Below, piece by piece: positions 18,001 through 25,003 of a stretch of DNA of 32,000 nucleotides (positions are counted from its first letter, which is position 1; the number at the start of each line of letters is the position of its first letter). The translations under genes were made by a program, and so were the position numbers. Source of the stretch: Microcystis aeruginosa NIES-2549 (GTDB lineage: Bacteria; Cyanobacteriota; Cyanobacteriia; Cyanobacteriales; Microcystaceae). The stretch is taken from the NCBI RefSeq assembly GCF_000981785.2, contig NZ_CP011304.1, forward strand, positions 1,200,001-1,232,000. The letters run 5' to 3'. The notes beneath the pieces are model-generated. The model did not search any database, had not been told where the DNA came from, and saw only the letters and a list, made by a program, of their open reading frames with translations.

Positions 18001-18146
18001 TACCTGGCCGCTGGGGGGGAACTCTGCTCAAATAAAAAGCTGAGTTCGTCTAGAGTCTCGTCACCGTCGGTGTCTTTGTCTTCTAAACTCTCTAACAACT
18101 GTTCGAGATCTTCGTTAAAGAAATGATCCGAGTCCGGTTTCATCAT
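15033..18146 (-). CDS. Hybrid CheA-like histidine kinase (dimerisation helix, HATPase_c, CheW-like domain, two receiver domains) lacking Hpt; PilL-C/HmpE-like
   Basis: Dimerisation-type segment MRVPIKQLDNLSNLIGELVIKRNRLE. ATPase boxes HLVNNAITHG, DDGAGID, GRGVGLDVV. The CheW-like region reads LLAVQVDQVIGEVEIVIKQIEGP...GATVLGDGTVMPVGDV. Both receivers carry LIVDDS ... CDIEMP ... KP. I chose ATG 18146 (AGGAAG 6 nt upstream); the ORF track starts at TTG 18185. Confidence 0.9.
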   Translation of the reverse strand: MMKPDSDHFFNEDLEQLLESLEDKDTDGDETLDELSFLFEQSSPPAARYGASLDQTLSFLPLEQELEELFGDSINWEEAATNDFYSTRGTAPKSEPEDWDYLESLLLENAAVRDSEAIITISNPNFYDSLEDLEAFLEKPTPPEQSPLPDIFESLEVFLWESTAAAPVAATEPLQRLESLEIAPESSPEDEFKDLEKLLEETNQVMAATPAASFSPPVGLNNLRPLVSKAFEQTMRVPIKQLDNLSNLIGELVIKRNRLEEEQDRLRLFLDNLLNQVQNLSDVGARMQELYERTLLEGALLASGNSSGAIGYGGVKGENQGDSAMTGELDALEIDRFTDFHLLSQEMIELIVRVRESASDIQFVVDETDQVTRSLRQATTQLQEGMTKSRMVPFSQTADHLPRAIHDISLKLHKQAKLKVEGGDVLIDKMILEHLNSPMIHLVNNAITHGIESPQERMAKGKPALGKISVGAFLQGNQTVITVSDDGAGIDANLIKLKAIEKGLISHREAQNLSTQEVYEILLHPGFTTKDQADDFSGRGVGLDVVRTSLIDVCGTVTIDSVLGKGSTFTLRLPLTLSICKALCCVSNHARIGFSMDGVEDMKDFRASDIQIDGEGRPCVFWQNTLLPFQPLSELLSCNRQLSRGSFYTGKQEEDSFSIVILRGGNHLLAVQVDQVIGEVEIVIKQIEGPIPKTAGIAGATVLGDGTVMPVGDVLELIDIARGRLRIDNGGLWRQSAPPVDVETSQKSEAMVLIVDDSITVRELLSLSFIKAGYRVEQARDGQEAWEKLRGGLPCDIVFCDIEMPRMNGLELLSNLQKDHRLAAIPVALLTSRGSERHRQVAAKLGASGYFTKPYTERDLLWAAERMIAGEVLLANSIKATLNQSLSSDTTIIDSNPANLLAQSSPLVLIVDDSLIVREMLAISLVKAGYRIEQARDGLEAWEKLRAGLACDLILCDIEMPRLNGLELLSRLQENEQLQGIPVAMITSRGTPKMEHLAAAKGAKGYFVKPCIEDVLLSAAQRLIAGEVLIQKENSVD

Positions 18147-18252
18147 GATTTGCTTCCTGCCAAGTCTTCCTTTTTGGTCAACCAATGCTCTCTCTCTGGC
18201 TTCAGATTACCTAGAATTTTACTCGATCAACCCATTCACTAGGAATTTTTTT

Positions 18253-18915
18253 ATGGCTAATCAAACTCTTGGACTCGATCGACAATTTTATTCCTATTAT
18301 CAATCTATCTGTCTGCGAGAACCCCCGATTTTAGCTCAGTTACGTCAAGAAACTGCCTCTCAACCCCTAGCAGTCATGCAGATTGCCCCCGAACAAGGTC
18401 AGTTTATGGCTTTTTTAGTACAGGCGATCGGGGCGAAAAAAACTCTAGAAATAGGGGTTTTTACCGGTTATAGTGCGCTAGTGGTGGCCTTAGCTTTACC
18501 CCCCCAAGGCCAGCTGATCGCCTGTGATCTAAGCGAAGAATATACCAGTATAGCCCGCCGTTATTGGCAGCGGGCCGGTGTCGCCGATAAAATCGATTTA
18601 AGAATTGCCCCGGCCCTGGAGACTTTAGATCAATTAATCGCCGGGGGAGAAAGTAATAGTTTTGATTTTGTCTTTATCGATGCCGATAAAAGTAATTATG
18701 ATCCCTACTACGAACGGGCGTTACAATTGGTCAGAAGGGGCGGAATTATCGCTATCGATAATGTTTTTTGGTCGGGACGAGTGGCGGCGGCCGATAGCAC
18801 CGATAATCGCACCAAAATTATCCGTTCACTTAATGCCAAAATTCAGCAGGATGAACGGGTAAATATCAGTATTATTCCTATTGGTGATGGTTTGACCCTG
18901 GCTATGAAAAAGTAA
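18253..18915 (+). CDS. Class I SAM-dependent O-methyltransferase, family 3 (caffeoyl-CoA/catechol OMT-like)
   Basis: LEIGVFTGYSAL (SAM motif I), FDFVFIDADKSNY (metal/SAM site), GGIIAIDNVFWSG. Starting at ATG 18253 gives the typical 220 aa; the longer ORF-track start overlaps the divergent kinase gene. Confidence 0.85.
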   Translation: MANQTLGLDRQFYSYYQSICLREPPILAQLRQETASQPLAVMQIAPEQGQFMAFLVQAIGAKKTLEIGVFTGYSALVVALALPPQGQLIACDLSEEYTSIARRYWQRAGVADKIDLRIAPALETLDQLIAGGESNSFDFVFIDADKSNYDPYYERALQLVRRGGIIAIDNVFWSGRVAAADSTDNRTKIIRSLNAKIQQDERVNISIIPIGDGLTLAMKK

Positions 18916-19060
18916 AGAAGTTAAGGAGATTAGAAAAGCTTTTACTCTTAACAATCAGGGTCGATTTTTGTTGTCTAAATCTAGTCACCAGTCGGAAACC
19001 ACCCACAGTAACGCTATATCTCTTAAGACCGTTAACGACAGCACTAAGTTATCAGTTCCA

Positions 19061-19147
19061 CGGAGAGGGTGGGATTTGAACCCACGTTAGGTGTGACCCT
19101 AAAGCAGATTTCGAGTCTGCCGCATTCAACCACTCTGCCACCTCTCC
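19061..19147 (-). tRNA. tRNA-Ser (anticodon CGA), class II with a long variable arm; CCA not encoded
   Basis: Minus-strand sequence: GGAGAGGTGGCAGAGTGGTTGAATGCGGCAGACTCGAAATCTGCTTTAGGGTCACACCTAACGTGGGTTCAAATCCCACCCTCTCCG. Hand-folded: acceptor 7 bp GGAGAGG/CCTCTCC; D stem GCA/TGC; anticodon stem GCAGA/TCTGC with loop CTCGAAA. The variable arm is TTAGG-GTCACA-CCTAA, the T arm is GTGGG-TTCAAAT-CCCAC, and the discriminator is G. Confidence 0.92.
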
Positions 19148-19170
19148 ACAGGGTTTGAGTCTGGATTATC

Positions 19171-19179
19171 ATTTTAACA
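19171..19179 (-). promoter_or_regulatory. Candidate extended -10 (TGTTAAAAT) for tRNA-Ser
   Basis: The minus strand reads tgttaaaat, ending 23 nt upstream of the mature tRNA 5' end. No clear -35. Confidence 0.3.
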
Positions 19180-19393
19180 GATTACTTGCCCTAGGATTGA
19201 TTTTTTTTGATCGACCTCTGGCATAATTGATTTTTGAGGGCTTAAAAACGTCAAAAATAAGGATTAAGCGGCATAAAATCGGTAAATAGACCATTTAATT
19301 GATTATTATTCATTCCCAATTCTCCTGACTACCGACTACTGACGACCGACTCCTCACCAACCACGACAATTTTTGATTTTTACAAGAGGTCTG

Positions 19394-20335
19394 ATGAATC
19401 AAGCTCCTTTTCTTCCAGTTAACCATCCCCAGCCTAACTTTCTCGACCGGTTAGGGAGTCTCTGGAAATTTTCCCGTCCCCATACGATTATCGGCACTTC
19501 TTTCAGTGTTTTAAGTCTGTATTTAATTGCTTTAGGCAATATTAACGATTTTTTTAGCCATTGGCCAGTTTTATTGCTCACTTGGGTCGCTTGTCTTGCG
19601 GGTAATGTCTATATCGTCGGTTTAAATCAGTTGGAAGACATCGACATCGATAAAATCAATAAACCCCAGCTTCCCCTAGCCAAGGGCGAATTTTCTCCGT
19701 TAACAGGACGGTTGATCGTGGGTTTTACCGGTATTTTAGCAATTATAATGGCTTTTATCGGTGGTTTTTGGCTTTTAATCACCGTGGGGATTAGTTTACT
19801 TATCGGCACTGCTTATTCCTTGCCACCAGTGCGTTTAAAACGCTTTCCCCTCTGGTCCGCCTTCTGTATTTTTACCGTCCGGGGTGTCATCGTCAATTTA
19901 GGTCTTTTTAGCCACTACAACACAGTTATTAATCAAAATCAGTCTATCTATCCCTCGATCTGGGTTTTAACAGCTTTTGTTCTTGTTTTCACCGTTGCGA
20001 TCGCTATTTTCAAGGATGTTCCTGACCTAGAAGGTGATCGCATTTACCAAATTACCACTTTTACCCTCCTTCTCGGCCCAGAAAAAATCTTAACAATTTC
20101 CTTATTGACAATTTCCCTGTGTTATGCTGGTATGATTGCCGTCGGTCTCTTGGGGATAAGGGGAATTAATTCTCCTCTGGCCATTGTCGCCCATCTGCTC
20201 CTACTTGTTCTTCTTTGGTGGCGTAGTCGCGGAGTAAATTTAGAAGATAAAAGCGAAATCAGCCGATTTTACCAATTTATTTGGAAATTATTCTTCCTAG
20301 AATACCTGATATTTCCCCTTGCTTGTTTACTATGA
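19394..20335 (+). CDS. hpt: Homogentisate phytyltransferase (UbiA prenyltransferase family; tocopherol biosynthesis)
   Basis: Multi-TM ORF with LWKFSRPHTIIGT, a first Asp-rich motif NQLEDIDIDKINKPQLPLAKGE and a second motif KDVPDLEGDR. This is the HPT pattern rather than the chlorophyll synthase or MenA pattern. I chose ATG 19394; the ORF track starts at TTG 19373. Confidence 0.85.
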   Translation: MNQAPFLPVNHPQPNFLDRLGSLWKFSRPHTIIGTSFSVLSLYLIALGNINDFFSHWPVLLLTWVACLAGNVYIVGLNQLEDIDIDKINKPQLPLAKGEFSPLTGRLIVGFTGILAIIMAFIGGFWLLITVGISLLIGTAYSLPPVRLKRFPLWSAFCIFTVRGVIVNLGLFSHYNTVINQNQSIYPSIWVLTAFVLVFTVAIAIFKDVPDLEGDRIYQITTFTLLLGPEKILTISLLTISLCYAGMIAVGLLGIRGINSPLAIVAHLLLLVLLWWRSRGVNLEDKSEISRFYQFIWKLFFLEYLIFPLACLL

Positions 20336-22605
20336 AAATATCTCCTTTTTTAGCGGCGATTCCCTTACTTTTACTAGGTGGTACAAGCGCACCTAGTCAG
20401 GAAACCATCGATCCGCAATTATTAACCGGCAACCTTCATTTAAACCTGAAACATGGGGTTTGGAAACTGTGGCAAGATCAACCCGTTTATCAAAATCTTA
20501 CCCTAGATTTAAGCTGCGATCGATCTGTTTGTCAGCCGTCGGTGTGGGGATATGCGCCGAAATTCAATAAAGAAGTGGATCACCAAGGTACGGTAACAGC
20601 AATTAAATTAGACAATGCTTGGCGATTACAGGTGAAAATGAACATTCAAACTCACCCTTGGCAAGCGGAAGTCAGGGAAGCTATCTATAATATCGAAATT
20701 GTCCCCCACCAAGACCAACTTATCGGCAGTTATCAAGGCACGTTAGGGGGAAGAAGACTACAAAACCAAGTTAATGGCACAATTTCCCCTTTATGGCCTA
20801 ATCCTGTCCCTAATTACCAACCCCTACAAGCGCGAGAACATCCCCGCTTAATCTTTCGCAAGTCAGAATTAACTAATCTCAGAGAAAAAGCGAAAACTCC
20901 CATCGGTCAAACTATTATCGCTCAATTAAACAACAGTTTACAGCAAAAAATTTATTACGATGGTTATGTTCCTAATGGGGGTTATCATGCCACAGGTCAT
21001 TGTTTTTTAGCAATTTTAAATCAAGATAGAAAATCAGCAGAAACCGCATGGGAAATTCTCGAAAAAACCCGTAAAAATCGAGGCAGGAGAATCTTAGAAC
21101 AATCTCCAATTGTCGCCGGAGTCGCTCTCGCCTACGATCTTTGTTATGATTTTTGGGGAGAAAAGCGCCAACAGGAAATTACTCGCTGGTTATCTAGTGA
21201 AAGTAAAAAACTTCTCAAAGGCGATTCACCCAAAAATGGCTGGAATGGAGACACAGTTAGTAACTGGAATGCGCGGGCCAGAGGTGCGGCAGGATTAGCC
21301 AGTTTAGCGATTCTCAAGGAAGATGTACCGCCCGATTCTCTCTATTATCCCTCTGCACAGGTGGAAATGGCCAAACGTCACATCGAACGCTATTTTATCA
21401 CAGCTATCGGCGATCGAGGATTTGGCACGGAGGGAGATTTATACAGCACCGAACCCATGGTTCTCGCTGTTTTTCCTTTTTTGCAAGGGTATCGAAATAG
21501 TCTCGGATTAGACTTAGTAACCGGTTCCCCAGCAGCCCAATTAATCCCCCATTATTTAACCAGAATTGTCCCTAAAAATGGTCAATTATTGATTCCTGCT
21601 TATGGCAGACATCAGACTTTTTTGGGAGTATCTTTATTGACTATCGGATTGGGAATTACCGATAAATCATTGCTACCGGCACTAAAATGGCGATTACAAG
21701 GTCAAGAAAAACAACTTTTTCACCCCCATTATCCTCATATTGCCCCTTTTCTTCTCGCTGGTTATCCATCTAATCTTACTCCCGAAAATCCTGAGCGCCA
21801 ACTTTCCAGGGTTTTAGTTGATCAACAAAAGGGATTTTATGCTTTTCGTAATCGCTGGCAAAATGAAGAGGATTTTGTCGCTAGTATCTATCTCAAACAG
21901 GAACCTTTTGTGGGGGGATGGTCTTTTCCCGATGTCGCGAGTTTGAGAATTTGGGGATTAGGAGGACATTGGGCGAGTTTTGAGGGGTCAGAAGGTGACT
22001 GGAACTCAGAAAACACGGTTACTTTCCCGAAAACCACGCCTTGGATCCAGGCAAAACCGATAACTTTTCAATCCAGTCCCGATGGTTCGGGAGTAATTAC
22101 CTTAAAAACTGGTAAAATTAGGGTTAAAGGAGCTAATTCAACCTTCGGCTCCCCTCAGGGTCAACCAGCAGAAGTGGCTCTAGTTCGTTCTTTCGCCGTC
22201 GATTACGGCCTGTCCTCCGGTTCCCCCGGATTATTTGTCTTGATGGATAAATTATTAGGTAAAGTCGAGCAACCAGAATTTATTAATAAAACTTGGGTGA
22301 TGAATACCCAGGGAAATGTCATTCTCGGAAAAAATAGTTTTACTATCACTCAAAATCGGGCAACTATGCAGGGAACTTTTATCACTCCCGTGACTTTAAA
22401 AGTCGAGAAAACTAATACAGGTGAGCGCATTTTAGCCACAGGTAGCGAGGAATTTTTTCTGGTGATGACCGTGCAGAAAAGTCGCCCCCCGGCAGTTAAA
22501 ATTATCGGCAAGGGATTAGATGCGATCGTGCAAATTGGCTCCCAGGAAATATCAATTATCGACGGTGCAGTTAGATTAAAAGAGATGAAGTTTCAAGAGC
22601 CATAA
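20332..22605 (+). CDS. Secreted protein, heparinase II/III / alginate-lyase-like (alpha/alpha toroid plus beta-sandwich) family; function uncertain
   Basis: Signal peptide MKISPFLAAIPLLLLGGTSAPSQ. The REHPRLIFRKSELTNLREKA opening, followed by helical repeats (VAGVALAYDLCYDFW ... NWNARARGAAGLASLAIL), resembles lyase-like DUF4962/heparinase II/III proteins. The ATG overlaps the hpt stop (ATGA at 20332-20335). Confidence 0.45.
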   Translation: MKISPFLAAIPLLLLGGTSAPSQETIDPQLLTGNLHLNLKHGVWKLWQDQPVYQNLTLDLSCDRSVCQPSVWGYAPKFNKEVDHQGTVTAIKLDNAWRLQVKMNIQTHPWQAEVREAIYNIEIVPHQDQLIGSYQGTLGGRRLQNQVNGTISPLWPNPVPNYQPLQAREHPRLIFRKSELTNLREKAKTPIGQTIIAQLNNSLQQKIYYDGYVPNGGYHATGHCFLAILNQDRKSAETAWEILEKTRKNRGRRILEQSPIVAGVALAYDLCYDFWGEKRQQEITRWLSSESKKLLKGDSPKNGWNGDTVSNWNARARGAAGLASLAILKEDVPPDSLYYPSAQVEMAKRHIERYFITAIGDRGFGTEGDLYSTEPMVLAVFPFLQGYRNSLGLDLVTGSPAAQLIPHYLTRIVPKNGQLLIPAYGRHQTFLGVSLLTIGLGITDKSLLPALKWRLQGQEKQLFHPHYPHIAPFLLAGYPSNLTPENPERQLSRVLVDQQKGFYAFRNRWQNEEDFVASIYLKQEPFVGGWSFPDVASLRIWGLGGHWASFEGSEGDWNSENTVTFPKTTPWIQAKPITFQSSPDGSGVITLKTGKIRVKGANSTFGSPQGQPAEVALVRSFAVDYGLSSGSPGLFVLMDKLLGKVEQPEFINKTWVMNTQGNVILGKNSFTITQNRATMQGTFITPVTLKVEKTNTGERILATGSEEFFLVMTVQKSRPPAVKIIGKGLDAIVQIGSQEISIIDGAVRLKEMKFQEP

Positions 22606-22684
22606 AAATTGGCAAGTGACCCAAGAAAAGTTAACATTTGTCAAGGATAATTGTAAAGATGATGACTATTTGAGCAATGATTTA

Positions 22685-22693
22685 TGATATAAT
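22685..22693 (+). promoter_or_regulatory. Candidate extended -10 promoter element (TGaTATAAT) upstream of the ferredoxin gene
   Basis: A consensus TATAAT sits at 22688-22693 with TG at 22685-22686, about 77 nt upstream of the ATG at 22770. No good -35. Confidence 0.3.
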
Positions 22694-22769
22694 TGGTACT
22701 GCCGACCAAAACAGACCCTAAATTTAGAACTATCTAGAATTGCATCTATAATTTCTGGCTAACTAAACT

Positions 22770-23138
22770 ATGACTAAATATTATCAAATCACCGTCCACA
22801 ATCGTCAGACGGGCGAAAAAATTACCACCACCGTTCCGGGGGATAACTATATACTACACAGTCTGGAAAAACAGGGCTATCAATTACCCTTTTCCTGTCG
22901 CAATGGAGCTTGTACTAGCTGCGCGGTCAGGGTATTATCAGGAGATATCTACCAACCAGAGGCGATCGGACTATCGCCGGAATTAAAAGCCAGAGGTTAT
23001 GCTTTACTTTGTGTCAGTTATGCCCGTGGCGATATGGAAGTAGCCACCCAAGACGAAGATGAAGTCTATGAACTGCAATTCGGTCGCTTTTTTGCCCGTG
23101 GGAAAGTGCGTTTTGGTTTACCCTTAGATGAAGAATAG
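22770..23138 (+). CDS. Plant-type [2Fe-2S] ferredoxin with a C-terminal extension (Fed2/FdC2-like)
   Basis: Cluster ligands CRNGACTSC ... LLCVSY (C-x4-C-x2-C...C). At 122 aa it is about 25 aa longer than PetF-type ferredoxins. Confidence 0.9.
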   Translation: MTKYYQITVHNRQTGEKITTTVPGDNYILHSLEKQGYQLPFSCRNGACTSCAVRVLSGDIYQPEAIGLSPELKARGYALLCVSYARGDMEVATQDEDEVYELQFGRFFARGKVRFGLPLDEE

Positions 23139-23152
23139 ATTAGGGATTAATC

Positions 23153-23983
23153 GTGCCAGATACCAGCAGCCAATTAGAAAAATACCTAGACATTGCCAGT
23201 GAAGCCGCCCTAGCGGCAGGAACACTTATCCTCGATAATTGGGGTAAAATCGAGAAAATAGAAGAGAAAGGGCGATCGGGCGATTTAGTGACGGAAATAG
23301 ATCGTCGAGCAGAAACAGAAATTCTCAAAATTATTGGCCGTCACTTTCCCGAACATGGGATTTTAGCGGAAGAATCGGGAAAACGGCCAGGGACGGACAG
23401 CGACTATCTCTGGGCGATCGATCCTCTCGATGGAACCACCAACTATGCTCACGGTTATCCCGTATCCGTCGTCTCCATCGGACTACTGATCGCAGGGAAA
23501 GCAGCAGTGGGAGTCATCTATAACCCCTTTAGAAAGGAACTATTTCGGGCAGCCCAGGGTTTGGGGGCCACCCTGAACCGTCGTCCCATCCATGTCTCCC
23601 GGACGAGTGAACTAGAAAAAAGTTTACTGGTGACGGGTTTTGCCTACGATCGCTGTCAAACTCCCGATAATAATTATGCCGAATTCTGTTATCTGACCCA
23701 TCTGACCCAAGGGGTACGCCGCAGCGGTTCCGCTGCCAAAGACTTAAGCGATGTGGCCTGTGGGCGCTTAGATGGTTATTGGGAACGAGGGATTAATCCC
23801 TGGGATCTGGCCGCAGGAGTTATTCTGATCGAAGAAGCTGGGGGTAAAATTACCGCCTACGATGAAAGTCCTTTTCTGATAGAAACGGGGCGAATCCTGG
23901 CTACTAACGGACAGATTCACACCTCCTTAAGCCAAGCTCTGCAAAAAGCTGCCTCTTGGAGGGTTCAGTTTGAATCCTTTTAA
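23153..23983 (+). CDS. Inositol monophosphatase family protein (SuhB/HisN-like phosphatase)
   Basis: IMPase motifs LAEESG, WAIDPLDGTTNY, and WDLAAG near the C-terminus. A GTG start is required because there is no upstream in-frame ATG. It begins 14 nt after the ferredoxin stop. Confidence 0.85.
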   Translation: MPDTSSQLEKYLDIASEAALAAGTLILDNWGKIEKIEEKGRSGDLVTEIDRRAETEILKIIGRHFPEHGILAEESGKRPGTDSDYLWAIDPLDGTTNYAHGYPVSVVSIGLLIAGKAAVGVIYNPFRKELFRAAQGLGATLNRRPIHVSRTSELEKSLLVTGFAYDRCQTPDNNYAEFCYLTHLTQGVRRSGSAAKDLSDVACGRLDGYWERGINPWDLAAGVILIEEAGGKITAYDESPFLIETGRILATNGQIHTSLSQALQKAASWRVQFESF

Positions 23984-24026
23984 TATTTACTGCGATTATT
24001 ATTTTAATTAGAGTAGGATACTCTCT

Positions 24027-24965
24027 ATGACTTTTCCAATTTCCCAGGGATTATTTCAATATGATTTAATCGATCATTTCGCTATTTTAGGAGTCTCGAT
24101 CGATGCCGAACAGGAGGAGATTCGCGAGCGTTACTTAAAAATCGCCTATAAACTCCATCCTGATACCTGTCGCACTCACACCCCCGATGAAAAGAAACTG
24201 GCTAATCAGTTACTTTCAAAATTAGTTAACCCCGCCTACGAACATCTGGGCCACGACCTATCTCGCGAAGAATTTCGCCTTGTTTTAGGACAAATGGGCA
24301 AGGCAATGGGGAAAGATTTGAGTAAAATCACCATCAGTAGCGAACCAGCTAGAAAACTAGCCCAATCTAGCGCTAACTATGAATTAGCCTATCAAAAAAT
24401 CCTGCAATCTTTGGCGATCGATCAATATACTGCCCTGGAAAATACCTATCAGAAAATCGGCCAACTCAGTGAACTCAATCTGGTTTATCTGATCTTAACC
24501 GAAGGTCGGGGCAACAAGAAAACCAGCCCGAAAGTCTTTATCTCCCAGAGCAATACTAACCAGTCCGAGTTAGTTAGACCAGCTTTCACCACGGCAGTCC
24601 AGACTAAAAGCAAAGAATCGCCCCTAGAAGCCTATATTCGCCGCGCCCAAGCCTCTCTTGACCAAAATAACCCCGCCCAAGCTTTGCGAGAATTGCGCGA
24701 TGCCCTGCGGCAAGAACCGGATAATGGCATCTGTCACGCCCTGCTCGGTTTAGCCTACCTGCGACAAAATCAACTGTCCATGGCCCGGGTTCATATCAAT
24801 CGGGCCTGGAAAGCCAGCCCCCAAGATGCGACGGTGATTAGGTGCAAACGGGAACTAGATAAAGCAGTTAATTCTAATATTGAAATGCAAGACCAGAAAG
24901 AACAAAAAGATGAAGGAGAGCGCAAGGGCGGTTTTTGGTCTCGATTTGGTGGTAAAAAGAAATAG
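24027..24965 (+). CDS. J-domain (DnaJ-like) protein with C-terminal TPR-like repeats
   Basis: N-terminal J-domain DHFAILGVSIDAEQEEIRERYLKIAYKLHPDT (HPD tripeptide present). C-terminal TPR-like helices (AQALRELRDALRQEPDNGICHALLGLAYLRQNQ). Confidence 0.75.
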   Translation: MTFPISQGLFQYDLIDHFAILGVSIDAEQEEIRERYLKIAYKLHPDTCRTHTPDEKKLANQLLSKLVNPAYEHLGHDLSREEFRLVLGQMGKAMGKDLSKITISSEPARKLAQSSANYELAYQKILQSLAIDQYTALENTYQKIGQLSELNLVYLILTEGRGNKKTSPKVFISQSNTNQSELVRPAFTTAVQTKSKESPLEAYIRRAQASLDQNNPAQALRELRDALRQEPDNGICHALLGLAYLRQNQLSMARVHINRAWKASPQDATVIRCKRELDKAVNSNIEMQDQKEQKDEGERKGGFWSRFGGKKK

Positions 24966-25003
24966 GACTGACCAGTGCCACCGATTTTGATTAGCAAACT
25001 CCC

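Noticed and set aside
17539-18126. Two Ser-rich plus-strand ORFs (17539-17769 and 17905-18126) inside the kinase gene
   Set aside because: They are antisense to the Glu/Asp/Leu-rich N-terminal coding region (GAA/GAG/CTC read backwards gives Ser/Phe/Leu). Low complexity, no start context; frame-shadow artefacts.
19344-19358. gactcctcacc, resembling the conserved single-stranded ACUCCUCACAC core of the cyanobacterial sRNA Yfr1
   Set aside because: Only 9 contiguous bases match. I cannot find the flanking 5' stem-loop or the 3' terminator hairpin that define Yfr1. It sits inside a degenerate heptamer tract (cctgact accgact actgacg accgact) just upstream of hpt.
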